Shown here piece after piece: positions 13,161-34,327 of a DNA stretch of 64,000 nucleotides. The first letter of the stretch is position 1, and each line of letters opens with the position of its first letter. The notes beneath the pieces are model-generated. The model was not told where the DNA came from. It saw only the letters and a program-made list of their open reading frames with translations, and searched no databases. The stretch comes from the human T2T-CHM13v2.0 reference genome, Homo sapiens. The stretch lies in assembly GCF_009914755.1 (NCBI RefSeq), contig NC_060929.1; one strand, given 5' to 3'. Position numbers and translations under genes: made by a program.

Positions 13161-14192
13161 ATGGGGAAAAAACAGAAAAGAAAAACTGGAGACTCTAAAA
13201 CGCAGAGCGCCTCTCCTCCTCCAAAGGAACGTAGTTCCTCACCAGCAACGGAACAAAGCTGGATGGAGAATGACTTTGACGAGCTGAGAGAAGAAGGCTT
13301 CAGACGATCAAATTACTCTGAGCTATGGGAGGACATTCAAACCAAAGGCAAAGAAGTTGAAAACTTTGAAAAAAATTTAGAAGAATGTATAACTAGAATA
13401 ACCAATACAGAGAAGTGCTTAAAGGAGCTGATGGAGCTGAAAACCAAGGCTCGAGAACTACGTGAAGAATGCAGAAGCCTCAGGAGCCGATGCGATCAAC
13501 TGGAAGAAAGGGTATCAGCAATGGAAGATGAAATAAATGAAATGAAGCGAGAAGGGAAGTTTAGAGAAAAAAGAACAAAAAGAAATGAGCAAAGCCTCCA
13601 AGAAATATGGGACTATGTGAAAAGACCAAATCTACGTCTGATTGGTGTACCTGAAACTGATGGGGAGAATGGAACCAAGTTGGAAAACACTCTGCAGGAT
13701 ATTATCCACGAGAACTTCCCCAATCTAGCAAGGCAGGCCAACGTTCAGATTCAGGAAATACAGAGAACGCCACAGAGATACTCCTCGAGAAGAGCAACTC
13801 CAAGACACATAATTGTCAGATTCACCAAAGTAGAAATGAAGGAAAAAATGTTAAGGGCAGCAAGAGAGAAAGGTCGGGTTACCCTCAAAGGGAAGCCCAT
13901 CAGACTAACAGTGGATCTCTCAGCAGAAACTCTACAAGCCAGAAGAGAGTGGGGGCCAATATTCAACATTCTTAAAGAAAAGAATTTTCAACCCAGAATT
14001 TCATATCCAGCCAAACTAAGCTTCATAAGTGAAGGAGAAATAAAATACTTTACAGACAAGCAAATGCTGAGAGATTCTGTCACCACCAGGCCTGCCCTAA
14101 AAGAGCTCCTGAAGGAAGCGCTAAACATGGAAAGGAACAACGGTACCAGCCGCTGCAAAATCATGCCAAAATATAAAGACCATCGAGACTAG
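13161..14192 (+). CDS. L1 ORF1p with frameshifted C-terminal tail (343 aa)
   Basis: MGKKQKRK... with coiled coil and REKG, ARR, YPAKLS motifs intact. A 1-bp loss near 14140 replaces the usual RYQPLQNHAKM end with GTSRCKIMPKYKDHRD. Confidence 0.9.
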   Translation: MGKKQKRKTGDSKTQSASPPPKERSSSPATEQSWMENDFDELREEGFRRSNYSELWEDIQTKGKEVENFEKNLEECITRITNTEKCLKELMELKTKARELREECRSLRSRCDQLEERVSAMEDEINEMKREGKFREKRTKRNEQSLQEIWDYVKRPNLRLIGVPETDGENGTKLENTLQDIIHENFPNLARQANVQIQEIQRTPQRYSSRRATPRHIIVRFTKVEMKEKMLRAAREKGRVTLKGKPIRLTVDLSAETLQARREWGPIFNILKEKNFQPRISYPAKLSFISEGEIKYFTDKQMLRDSVTTRPALKELLKEALNMERNNGTSRCKIMPKYKDHRD

Positions 14193-14212
14193 GAAGAAAC
14201 TGAATCAACTAA

Positions 14213-18065
<3,853 letters not shown>

Positions 18066-18281
18066 ACAATGAGATCACATGGACACAGGAAGGGGAATAT
18101 CACACTCTGGGGACTGTGGTGGGGTGGGGGCAGGGGGGACGGATAGCATTGGGAGATATACCTAATGCTAGATGACGAGTTAGTGGGTTCAGCGCACCAG
18201 CATGGCACATGTATACATATGTAACTAACCTGCACAATGTGCACATGTACCCTAAAACTTAAAGTATAATAAAAAAAAAAA

Positions 18282-18438
18282 GAAGAAATGGCAGCCCATG
18301 AGAAAACCAAGCAAGCTATTAAGAAAAACTGCCCCGCTTTTACCTCATGCATGTATCAAATAAGTGGACGTAATATCAAAGTAATCATTATTTGTTGAAA
18401 TGAAATCAATAAATACTTAAACCAGAAAAAAAAAAAAA
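18282..18438 (+). other. L1-mediated 3' transduction with second poly(A)
   Basis: Non-L1 144 bp between the L1 poly(A) and an A13 run (18426-18438), with AATAAA at 18408-18413, all inside the TSDs. Confidence 0.88.
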
Positions 18439-18705
18439 GAGCAGAAAACCAAACACTGCATGTTCTCACTCATAAGTGGGAGTTGAATAATGAGAACACA
18501 TGGACACAGGGAGGGGAACCACACACACAGGGGCCTGTCAGGGGGTGGGGGGCTAGGGGAGGGATAGCATTAGGAGAAATACCTAATGTAGATGACGGGT
18601 TAATGGGTGCAGCAAACCACCATGGCACGTGTATACCTATGTAACAAACCTGCACATTCTGCACATGTACCTCAGAACTTAAAGTATAATCATAATTAAA
18701 AAAAG
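18437..18705 (+). mobile_element. Older L1PA 3'UTR, right part of the host element
   Basis: cagaaaaccaaacactgcatgttctcactcataagtggg...cttaaagtataat plus A tail; resumes where 12257 stopped. Confidence 0.92.
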
Positions 18706-20859
18706 ATAAGATGTCTTTAAAGAAAAATATGATGGTACTTTATTATTACATTGAACTTGAATTAGTTGACATGGTATGTATAATAATAAATAATGATGAA
18801 AAACATCCTTGTAAATAATAAGTCACCACTGATGTGTTTTTTTTATATTTAAAGCAATACTAATGCTTTTATTACAAAAAGGGAGACTCTTTTTTTGGTA
18901 AGTAATTAATAATCATAATTTTAGTGGACAAATGTAAAAGTTGTGAATAATGAAGAAAAGTAATGAAGAGTCTTCGGGACTTGTGTGTAAAGGGCAACAA
19001 CAAAGCATTAGATACATAAATTAAAAATGCATTTGTAATTGATTAATAAAATTTTGTAAAAATAAAGAAATTTTAACGCAGCATTTTAACAGTGTGAAAA
19101 ATTATTAAAATCTTAGTGAACATTAGAAATATTATAAGAAATAAATCTTAGCAAAATAACATTTTAATAATGTAACATTCTCAACGTTCTTAAAGACCAC
19201 AACATTTTGACCCAAAACTAACAGCATACAAAAAATTAAGAAATAATTTTGAAAAATTGAAATTAAGAAATAATATAAGAAATTGAGAGGATATAAAATC
19301 TGTGGAACTAATCATGTGACCTTATAATATGGTTTCAGTCTCAACTAAGAATATTTTGTCTAAACTTGTGATTCACTAGGAAGACACTCCAGATGAGAAT
19401 CTGTTGATAAGGTCTGCCATTTAAATGTTCTAAAATTCCTTTCAGATAACCTCAAAATATATGCATGTATACAAACACACACACACACAGAGTTGTATAG
19501 CTATGTAATATGATATAAATATATATGTTTAAAATACCTATAAAAATCTTTTATCATAACAACATGCATTATTGAAAGTATAAAAGAACACTAAACATGT
19601 CTCAACATGCACAGGAAGTTATTTTTTTCCCTAAATAATTTGTGTATTGCTTAGTAAAATATAATTTTTCAGCTTTTTACTGCATACCGTATAAATAAGT
19701 TATATGTGTTCGGTGAAGCAGTTTAACTGATTCCCATAATAGAGTAATAAATACTTATTCTTAAAAGACAAACGTAAAAGTTTCAAAAATGTCTCTTTAT
19801 TGCTGCTTAGTCATGAAAAGGGTTAATAACTTAAAATATTCTGGAAATGTATTTCCTTTTTAAGAAATACAACATATTTTTCAGAGAGCTACATAATTAT
19901 AGATATAGTATTAATAAAACACAAACACATGTCAATAAATTTGCTAATAAATTTTAAAATCCACACATCTAAAAATAGAAGGTATTAAAACTGACTCAAG
20001 AAGAAATAATCTATTTCTATACATTTAATTAGCGACATTGAATCAGTTGTTAAAAGCTTTCTCCCATCCAAGAAAAGAGAAAAAAAATACAAATGAAACA
20101 CATACAAAAAGTAAACCTGATGATTTTACAGGTATACTCTTTGAAATCTTCAAGGAAGAGATAAATAAAATCTTATGAAAACTTTTTCCCATAACAGAAC
20201 AAAATACCTGTTTTAATAACGGGGGGGATATTAACAGCCATGGACCATATCTAATGCTAACCATGATGGATGAGAAGATGGAGCAATTGTCAGAATCCAG
20301 AGACAGAGATAATATGGAGGGAGCTATCTCTCTTTTGATTGTTTAAGGTCAATTGAATGTCCACTCTACAACCAAATTGCTCTTTGTCATAGTTCATACA
20401 GGGCAGTTCTGTTCAGCTCACAGAACATGGTAAAAATAAGATCTAGAAGGGTTCACAAGAGATACATTCTACTACTGAAAAACCTTATTTTGCAAAATTA
20501 ATTATGCACATACACACAGATATACACTTGGAAAACAGAAACTTATGAATGCTTTTTTAATTGTGTGTGTGCATGTGTATATTCTCATGAGTATATAAGA
20601 GGATGTTAACATTCAACAGGTTCTTCTATAGAAATTTATTTCTCTTTGTTTCACTTTTCATTTTGTTGTGCTAAATTATGAAGATTGAAGCTATTCTAGG
20701 GAGTGAGCATATCTCCTCATCCTTTCCCTACCATGCAGCTTAGTATGTATTTAAAATATTTCCCCACATCAACTGTGTATTTGAAGTCTGAATTCTCCCC
20801 ACCCAGTCATTATAAAGAACGAGGAAAAGTTATCTGAGGCTGGAAACCAATGGAATTCC

Positions 20860-21237
20860 ATAGTAAATGACTCACAGTGAAAAATAGTAGTGTCAGAGTT
20901 GATGACAGAAAGGAAAACGTCAAGATTACACATGGCTTTTTAGGAATGATTCTTGACTTACTCTGAATATGACAGAAGCCATTGGATGAATCTGATCTGA
21001 GGGGTGACCACATCTGACATATTTAAAAATGACCCCTCTGGGAAATAGAAACTAGATTTGTGAGGCAGAACAAATGTGGAAGCAAGGGAATTAGGTGATG
21101 ATTATGTCAATATTCTAAGAAAGAGATGATAGATAGCTGCTTGAACCAGAGTGTCTGCCAGGGATGTAGTAAACAGTGGTCAGATTTGTTCATGGATAAT
21201 AAGGAGTTGGGAATATTAAAGCATTTAGTGATGGATA
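20860..21237 (-). mobile_element. L2 fragment (probably continues about 24450-24830)
   Basis: Degenerate L2-like motifs gaagccattggatg...tgaccacatctga...tgcttgaaccagagtg...gtggtcagattt. Confidence 0.55.
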
Positions 21238-21239
21238 TA

Positions 21240-21813
21240 CAGTTGACTCCTGAACAACCCTGGAGTTAGGGGCTGAGACCTTATTATTTTTAAATCCATG
21301 TATAACTTTTGATGACCCAAACTTTCAACTACAAATAGCATACTGCTGACCAGAGCCTTACTGATGATAACATAAACAGTTAATAGTTGATTAGCACATA
21401 TTTTGTATATTATATGTATTATATACTGTATTTTTTTTTTTTGAGACAGGGTCTTCCTCTATTGCCCAGGCTGGAGTGCAAATGGAGTGATCACAGCTCA
21501 CTGAAGCTTCCACATCCCAGGCTCAAGCAATCCTCCTGCCTCAGCCTCCCAAGTAGCTGGGACTACAAACCTGTGCCACCACGCCTGACTAAATTTTGTA
21601 TTTTTGTATTTTTTGTTTGTTTGTTTTTGTAGAGAAGGGGTCTCCCTATGTTGTCCAGGCTGGTCTTGAACTCCTGGGCTCAAGTGAACCTCCTACGTTG
21701 GCCCCTTAAAGTGCTGGGGTTAGAGGCATGAGCCACTGAGCCTAGCCTTATATACTGCATTCTTACAACACAGTACACTAGAGGGAAGAAAAAGTTATTA
21801 AGAAAATCATAAG
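21240..21813 (+). mobile_element. Tigger2-family DNA transposon 5' part, interrupted by an Alu and a retrocopy
   Basis: TA followed by TIR-like cagttgactcctgaacaac; internal tgtataacttttga...ataacataaacagt...gttattaagaaaatcataag. Confidence 0.75.
21431..21747 (-). mobile_element. AluJ
   Basis: Reverse Alu with J diagnostics (gagacagggtctt, aactcctgggctcaag); TSD ttatatactg(t/c)att at 21419-21432 / 21748-21761. Confidence 0.93.
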
Positions 21814-24431
<2,618 letters not shown>

Positions 24432-27049
24432 AAGAAATCATAAGAATGTGGTAAATATGTGCCTGAATTTTCTGGTTGAAGCTACCAATCTGTCAGTTTC
24501 CAGGGTACTTTAAAAGGAAGTCAGTGAGAACTTTGGTAGGGAATAGGGGAGCAAGTACTGTGTCCACGGAATCAACGATATTTAACAGTTGGGAAAATTA
24601 ACAGGATCCATCAAAGAATTCTGACAAGTATCTACCAGGGTAGTAAGTTAAAAATCTGAAAAGGAAATGTCCCCAAAATCGTCCCCAAAATCAAGGAAAA
24701 AGCAGTTTTTCTAGAAGGATAAAGTGATCAGCTGTTTCAAATACTGGCAGCAGGTTATGCTGAGGACTTAGAATTGATCTTTTTTTTTTTTTTTGCGTTA
24801 TGAATTTTAGGGGTGATTTTGTTAGGAGTTCAAATTCATGAAAACTACTCAGTGCTACCCTTTTATAGATTACATATTCATGCTTACATTGTTTGAGTCA
24901 GATTAATAATATAAGTACAATTTTTCTTAAGGAATCCTCCCATTGTTTTCTCTGGGATTGAGAAAACCTAACTTCATATTCACACATTTTTTTAAAAAGA
25001 AATGCTTAAGTTTTTTCTTGAACCCTAGCTTGTAACATACTTATTGATACAGACAATAAATAAGTGTTTTATTTAGCTACAAACAAATTAATATTAAAAT
25101 GTTATTATGTTATATATAAAACATAATTGCATGTGATGTGATTATTCAATTGAATTTTAGTTGATTCATAACAAAAGTCTTATTTGAAAGAACTGAGAAA
25201 ATAACAAGAAGATAGATGATAGATAGACCAAAAGTGAGAATTACAGATATTAAATCTTAATACAGTTAATGGGGCTATTATTTAATCCTTAACCCTCATG
25301 GTACTTCATGGTATAGAAATTATTTTATAATGATGGTTCAGTGCATTTATAATCATATGTTTATAGAGAATCATTGAAATTAATTAAAACCAAGATCATT
25401 TGATGATTTATGTCATTTCTGTTAATATTTTTTATGTAGAAAACTACAGACAGGCTAATTTTGAAAATACATTAAATTTGAATTCTGTATACTAACATTC
25501 ATTTAGCATAGCACTAAGACTATTTGCTTTTTAAAGTTAATATGTGATGATTACAGATTTATTTTTCCATTAATTTTCAGCTAGGAATACAGAAGATATA
25601 TTTCGTCCCACATAATCTGCTAACTCTGTAGGAGATTGGTAGGGAAATATGCATGCTACTTACTGTGGCATTTCTGAAAGAACCAGCTTTCATTATTTTC
25701 CTAACCAGTCTTCGCCTATCAGCTACCACTTTGGCTATATATATATATGTACAACTGACTTCTTTTACATTTAATTGTACTCATGGGAGTCTATTAGTGA
25801 CTCTAACTTTAATAAGAAATTTCTAATCCACAGTAGTTGTTTTTTTCTGTTTTGTTTGCTTCGTTAATCATATTCAGTATATATAAGCTAATTAAATAAA
25901 TAAAATTTCTATACAGTAGTTCTAAAGCTTACTATTGTGAAGGAAGTCATTTTGGATTATATCAATATATACTTTTATACATATATACAGAAACAGATAT
26001 AAAACCCCTACAACAGAAACCAGTAATGTTTTTTAAACTGAGATATCCAGTTGTACAAATTCTACCTATGTTTATTTTTTCTTTATGATTTATATATATA
26101 TAGGGATGTATATTTCATTACCAGCATGATGATGTCAGTGCAATCTAGGAAAAACTAACGTACACACACACACACACACACTCACACATATGCACAAGAT
26201 TGATTTGAAATATTTGTTTTGCCATGGTCTCTTTTATTGACTGGCAAGTTTCTCTATATATATGTACACACACACACACACAAAATCTTGAAGGAATCAT
26301 GTAGGTCTACAAAATTTGCTTTTCTAAATTAGTAATACATGTTCTGCCAATGCAGATGTTTTCATGATGATAAAATAAAATGTAAAAGACTAAAAATCAT
26401 TACATTGATATAATTTTGTATGAGGCAATAGTAAATAGTCTCCAAATATGACGTTACAAAATGACATATGTGGTACACAAAAAGTAACATTTTTAAAATC
26501 TACATTGATGAAAGGGGAAAAGTGTACTCAGAAATTTGGAAATTTAGTTTTTTATGGTAACTCATAACAGTAAAACATTTTTTTCAAGTCTAAGTTTTTC
26601 AAAAATATTTTCAAGAGATAAAAAGAAAAGCTAAAGTTATAAGATATACACACACACACATATGTGTGTGTGTATATATATATATATATTCTATTGATTA
26701 ACCCCAGGAGAGATGGAGACAGACAAGTGATTAGGAATGGCATAATTCAAATTTCCAGTAGAAATTGCACATTGTTCTTTTCTGAGGAGAGGGATTGTGA
26801 TAATATTAATGAAGAAGAAGAAACTTGGCAAAAGGCCCAAGCTCAATCCAAAAAGAACTAAAATTATGTCACATTATCTCTGGGAGAAATGGTAGGTGAT
26901 GAGTAGACATAGCTTTCTATGATGCATGAGGGAACTGAAAACTGTTCTCCATATAGGAGTGAAAGAGAGAAAAAAAATTTCAATTACATATCTGAGATTA
27001 AAAGCAAGAATGAGAAATTTTCCAAATTCGATAAATGCATGGGGGCCAG

Positions 27050-28022
<973 letters not shown>

Positions 28023-30270
28023 AAACAAGTTCCTGGGAAGCTGAGCATGTTGAATAAAACCAATTCTGTTGATCTTAGCGTTTAAAATCCTGGATGGGAT
28101 GTGAAGTATATCTCAGGACATTTTGGGTATTAATACTCTGCTCCCTGTATACACAGTGTATTCCTGAAAGGTTGGCATTTTTTTAAAGTAAATTATAGTC
28201 ATTTATAAGCACAAATTTCCATGTGAAATTTTGTATATACACAATATTGTGTGGATTCTTTTTATGACTTTTACAAAATATTACTATAATGTATAACATT
28301 GTAATTTTACATTCCAAGGCTCAAATTTTGAAAATGTTCATATAATGTGTAGATTTGTCCTTTATATGGGAAAGTGTTCCATTAAAATGCTGAGTTTTAT
28401 ATGAACATTAGCTGTTACCATACCTTTATCTTTTAAAAATCTAACAGATAGTAAATACAAATACATTTATATTGTTTTCTATTATATACCATTGAGATAA
28501 TCTACTTAGATGTTAGAAAAAAACTATTTAGATGTTAGAAAAAAATTGTTACTGATTAGGATTTTGAGTACAGATAATTTTTTGCATTGGAACATGAAAT
28601 GTTTCCGTTGCTGCTGGTCCATTATTTTTCACTTTATGAAACTATATATGCTCTCAGAAAGCTTATAAAAATAACACAAAATAAAATATCAACATATTTA
28701 TAAATTTAATAAATAATTCTGACTATGAAAGAATCATAAAAATAAAGAGTCCTCCTGGTAAAGCAAATTATTCACATTTGTAATTTCATGCATGTGGTGT
28801 GTGACTATTTTAGATAATCTACATAAATATAATTCAAGCTTTGGAGGTTTATTTCTACTTTACACCTAACCATATCAAAGTGGTAAGAAAATCAATAAAA
28901 TAAGAAACTTGTTTCTCTAATCTGAAGTAGGTTTTATTTTTTATTTTTTATTTCTATTTTTTATTTTTTGCCAAATATTCCAAAGTAAGATAATTAGACC
29001 TAAACTGAAAATGTTGCAGGTCATGTTTTCACAAAATGTGACATTTCATGTCGTTGTTATGAAAACAGTGGCACCAAATTCAATCTGCACCAATCATATT
29101 TTTATTTTAATATTTTAAGCAACATGGTTCTAATCCATCTAAATGAGTACATTTAATTTAGTAAGTCATAAAATATTTCTTAGTCATTAAAACACACAAA
29201 ATATTTTTTCTGCTAAGTCTTACTAAAACTTATAATATCTAACCTCTTTAAAATATATATACCTTTGGTTTCTGTTTTAAAATTTTTCTCTTAGCTTCAA
29301 GTAACTTTTTAGTACTTTTTTCTTCCTAGCTAATTCTACTGTTCTTGGAAATAATAGAAAAGGAAGAATTTACCTTTGGAGTGAAAGAGTGCTGAAGCAG
29401 GACTGGTAGTTTGGTTAGGGAACATTTTGCAAAATCTAGTTTAAAAAATCTGAAGAGTCTGAAGCATTGTCAGCTAGTTATCTCATGTGGTACCTATGCA
29501 AATTTCCTCGAGCAGATGTTAGAAAATTCGTGAAATTCTATTCAATATGATCATTCAGGAGTTCAGTCTGGTCTTCGTAAATATAATCCAGCATAAATGA
29601 TGCATAGAGCTCCTAGCTGTGCTCCTTATGTGCTGCAGTCAGATCCAACACCCCTTGGGACAAGACATCTGGAACTATATGCCATTGTGTTTGACTAATC
29701 TTTCTCCTGAATACCAGCTTAAAATTGCCCATTATTCCAAGAAATTCAGAAAAGCACAAATACACACAAACAGCTAAAATAAGACATATCTCATATAGTT
29801 ATATATATATACATGAAATGAAATAATTGCACATATTTGTATATTTGAGTATGACACTAATTCTTTTTATTTCCTGCTACAAAGGTATTCATAAAAAATA
29901 CTTATTGCAGAAATCCAATATATGATATATACTAGCAAATGTTTGGACTATGTTGAAAAATCAATAAACCTCATAATTCATTCACTAAAAAAACAGATTT
30001 TTTACAGGTCTGAATTTTTAATGATTTTTCTTTGAGTTTTGCAAAGCTTTGTCTATCAATCAGAAACATTAACCAAATATACCTTAATGTAGAGATATTT
30101 TGGTAGACATTACTTGTGATCACTGATATTTCTCTTTTCAGCCTGAGTATATAAATGTCTATACTTCTCAGCACTATTTTAGTTAGCAGGGCCATAACTA
30201 GCAATACTGATATTCTATCGACAAAAGAGTTTTGTAAAAATGTTTGTTTTAGTGCAATACTGTGACAAAA

Positions 30271-30901
30271 TGAAGTGGCCGCGTTGTCTGAGGTGAATAC
30301 CTGAAGTTTGTCCAAGGAAATTGTGGACACAGACATGCAAGGAATGAGCCAAAGTATAATAGGTGAATTTCCAGAAGTTTAATAGGCGAAAGAAAGAGGA
30401 AAGCTCCCTTGTGCAGAAGAAGGGAACTGGTTCCTGGGTTTGTGGCGAGATACCAAAGGTTTTATAGATGAGTTTGAGGAGGTGGTGTCTGATTTACATA
30501 AGATACAAAAGATTGGTTGGACCAGGTGTGTCATTTACATAGTGCTCAAGAAGCTGGCCATCCTACCATAATCTTTTACTACATAGATGTGTTTTTTACC
30601 TGGCAGATGCCATGTTGTCTGTTCCCTTATTGCACATGTGGAGACAAAGAAAAGGGAAGATGGAGCTTCCATATTGGATATGCCTGGCTGCTAGGTAGCC
30701 CTTTTCTATTGGCACAGCTCTCAGCATTCACCTGTGCAAGCTTCCAGATTGCTTATTTATGTCTGCAGCTTGATTTTTTAGGCTGGTTTTTGTTAGAAAA
30801 GAAATGATTTGGGAGCTGCTTTTTATTAAAAGGGAAACCTTGCTGAAGACTCTCTTACCCTCACTAACTGCCTAAATAATTTCTTTTTAGCTCCTGTATC
30901 A
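30271..30901 (-). mobile_element. ERV1 solo LTR (MER50/MER4-group-like)
   Basis: TG...CA termini; minus strand starts tgatacaggagctaaaaagaaattatttaggcag; 4-bp aaaa flanks. Subfamily tentative. Confidence 0.75.
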
Positions 30902-31281
30902 AAAATATATAGTATTTTTATTTTCGGATAAATTTGCAAGTATCATATATGTCTACTGAACCTAAAGCTTTTGGGATAAATGTTGGAAAACACATTTTAT
31001 AGGCCATGTTGGTTACTATTGGCTGCATTCGACAAAATATGATAAGCAAGAGATAAGCTTGGGGGCTAAGAGGAAGGCCAATTTTCACACAGAAATGAGA
31101 GAGTAAAGATAGGCTAAACATGTAGAGACTTGTTGCATTAGAATACCTGACTGGTTTTAATCCCCAGAAGGTAAAAAATGAAGTATAAGAACTTAAGTAA
31201 CATTTGAATAAAAAATCTTTAGTATAATGTAGTGCTCGAATGCGAGAATTAATCCAAGGGCTGGAGCCATTAAAATTGCTT

Positions 31282-31714
31282 GGCCAGGCACGGTGGCTCA
31301 CACCTATAATCTCAGCACTTTGGGAGACTGAGGCAGATGGATCACCTGAGGTCAGGAGTTCGAGACTAGCCTGGCCAAAATGGTGAAATCCCATCTCTAC
31401 TAAAAATACAAAAAAGCTAGCCAGGAATGGTGACAGGTGCCTGTAACCCCAGCTACTCAGGAGGCTGAGGCAGGAGAATCACTTGAACCTGGGAGGCGGA
31501 CGTTGCAGTGAGTCGAGGTCGTGCCATGCACTCCAGCCTGGGCAACAAGGCAACAAGAGCGAAACTCCATTTCAAAAAAAAAAGAAGAAGAAGGAGGAGG
31601 AGGAGAAGGAGGGGGAGGAAGAGGAAGAGGAAGAAGGAGGAGGCGGAGGAGGGGGAGGAAGAGGAAAGGAAGAAGGAGGAGGCGGAGGAGGAGGAGAAGG
31701 AGAAGGAGAAGAAG
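31282..31714 (+). mobile_element. AluS with tail expanded into a (GAA/GGA)n polypurine repeat
   Basis: Alu body 31282-31573, purine repeat 31574-31714, TSD aaaattgctt at 31272-31281 / 31715-31724. Confidence 0.95.
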
Positions 31715-31766
31715 AAAATTGCTTGATGAATGAAAGTGCTCATGGGAAAGTTTGGGTCACAGGTAT

Positions 31767-32184
31767 TGTATTAGTTTCCTAGGACTGCTATAACAAAGTA
31801 CTACAAACTTACAACAAAAATGTATTCCTTCACTGTTCTAGAGGCTAGAAGGTGCTAAGAACGTTGGTTTCTGCTGGAGTCTCTGAAGGGAGAATCTGTT
31901 GCATAACTCTCTCCTAGCTCTAGTGATTGACAGAAATCCTTGGCAAGTAGATACATTGCCAATTTCTACCTCCATTTTCACATAGCATTATTGTTTGTCG
32001 CTGCATGTCTTTGTCTCTTATAGAAACACCAGAGACTAAATTTGGGGTCAGTCTTAAATCTTAAAACAACTTCTTAACTTACATCTTATTTTTATTTGCA
32101 ATGTCCCTATTCCCAAATAGGGTCACATACCTGAGATTGGGAAATAAACATCCCTTTTTGGAGTACATGTTTCAACCTATGACA
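31767..32184 (-). mobile_element. MLT1 solo LTR
   Basis: tgtattagtttcctaggactgctataacaaagtactacaaact...ggtcacatac...ttcaacctatgaca. Confidence 0.8.
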
Positions 32185-32573
32185 GGTCTAGTCATCTAAT
32201 TGAAGCCGAGCAGGCTCCAAGTAACTGCCATAAGTTGAGAAAAAGGAACATGGGTTAGAAAGATAAGTAAATTAAGCTGGTAAATAATGTCATATAAAGA
32301 GTTTGAGTGTTGTTATTGTTCATGGGGCCGATGAGAAGCAAACAAATTAGAAGCCAACCCCGTTTTCTTTATTCATTTTGTTTTATTTTTTGAGACAAAT
32401 GTTGTTGTATGTTGAATGGAAATATCTTTTACCCATCAGTATTTCCCTGGAAAATATAAGCTATGAAATCTTACTATACTTAATTATTTTGTCCTTCAGT
32501 GTTCCTGCTTTTAAAGGGTAAACAGTAATGATACACATTTCAACTTTCAGAGCACTAAAAAATCTAAAGATGT

Positions 32574-32890
<317 letters not shown>

Positions 32891-33249
32891 TAAAACATGT
32901 AAAGGAAGCCTTAGGATAATGCCTGACAAATAGTAAGATTTTGATAAATGTTGGCCATTCTTGCCATAGTATATTTATAAGTTATACCTATATCTATGTC
33001 TACACATTTAAAATTAAAGATGGGATAAATTGTGCAACAAACATACTTGACATCTCAGAGGCTTATCATACTAAAGCTGCTTTCTCACAAAAAAATGTCT
33101 GTTTCATGTCAACCAGCACTGTAAGGTCACATCTGTGGTATGTATTGGGACTATGCTGTCCTTGGGAGCTGCACTCTTTTCTCAGTCAACTTGGAATCTT
33201 GGGTGTCTAAATCTCAAATACTAAAAAGGCCTGTGTTTTTTATGGCAAT

Positions 33250-34327
33250 ACATGTGCATTTAGTTACTGCTCTGTAAGAAACCCACTGATTTCTATGTGT
33301 TAAAATAGCAATGGTCTTACTCAGGATTCTGTAGGTCAGTAGTTTAATCGAGGATTAGTTGGAGATCATTGTTCTAGTGTTGGCTGATTTCAGGTAAGTG
33401 TCCTCTTGCGTCGACAGTCTGTTGGATGGGTTGACTTGAGACCAACTTATGTAGGCTGGTGTTAGCTGCAATTCTTCATCTCTGCTCCATAAGGCTCTAT
33501 GATGTTTACCTAAGTTTTTTTTTTATGCCAAAGACAGAGTTCCACCACGTTTCTGTTAGCCAAACAATACTCACTGTATAGGGAAGTAGACATCACCACT
33601 TGATAGGAAAAAACTAGAAAGCTGCATTGTAAAAACTTACCACAGAATCTAACTAGGAACAAATATAGACCTCTCTTGAGACAAAAATAAATGGGGAGAA
33701 ATTAGGACTTCCAACCTAGCTAATAGAATTTCCTGAACTAAGACCTTTTAGAATAAAAAATCATATTTATTTAAAGTCTTTTTTACATATGGCCCTAATA
33801 TTTATACAAAATTCTTGTTCTTAAATACAGTATCATTTTTGAATTTAACAATATCACCAAAGTGGCATTTGATGGCATTTTTAAATACTAAATATACTTT
33901 AACAAATTAACACCAAAGTAATGGTTTAAAAACAACAAAAATTTATTCATCTTACACTTCTGTAGGTCATAACTCCTAAAATCTAGGTATTGGCAGTGTT
34001 GTGTCCCTTCTGGATGCTTTAGGGAACATTCTGCTTTGGCTTTTCCAGAAGAGGCCACCTACATTCCTTGGCTTATGGCCTTTCATCTCTGACCTCTATT
34101 TATATCATCACATCTCTTTCTCTGACTCTGAACCACCTGACTACCTCTTTTAAGAACTTTGTGATTACACTGGGGCACCCAGATAATCCAGGATAAACTT
34201 CACATCCAAAGGTCTTAATTTAATTACATTCACAATGTCTCTTTAGCCCTGTAATGGAACATGTTCCCAGGTTTCAGAGATTCATAAGTGAACATAAGTG
34301 CAGGATTAGAATTCTGTCTACTAACAA
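33250..34327 (-). mobile_element. Two old MLT1-type LTR fragments (about 33250-33645 and 33890-34327)
   Basis: MLT1 motifs ggtttaaaaacaaca..atttatt..cacttctgtagg, gtgattacactggggcacccagataatccagga and caggattctgtaggtcag. Confidence 0.6.

Noticed and set aside
18300-18310. gagaaaaccaa as the right TSD of the full-length L1
   Set aside because: Only a partial match, and the host L1 does not resume there; it resumes at 18437.
28507-28546. Short tandem duplications (also 24669-24692) as a CRISPR-like array
   Set aside because: Two-copy slippage repeats without spacers, in eukaryotic DNA.
31453-31782. Poly-E/K/R/G/S ORFs on both strands
   Set aside because: Translations of the Alu and its purine-repeat tail.
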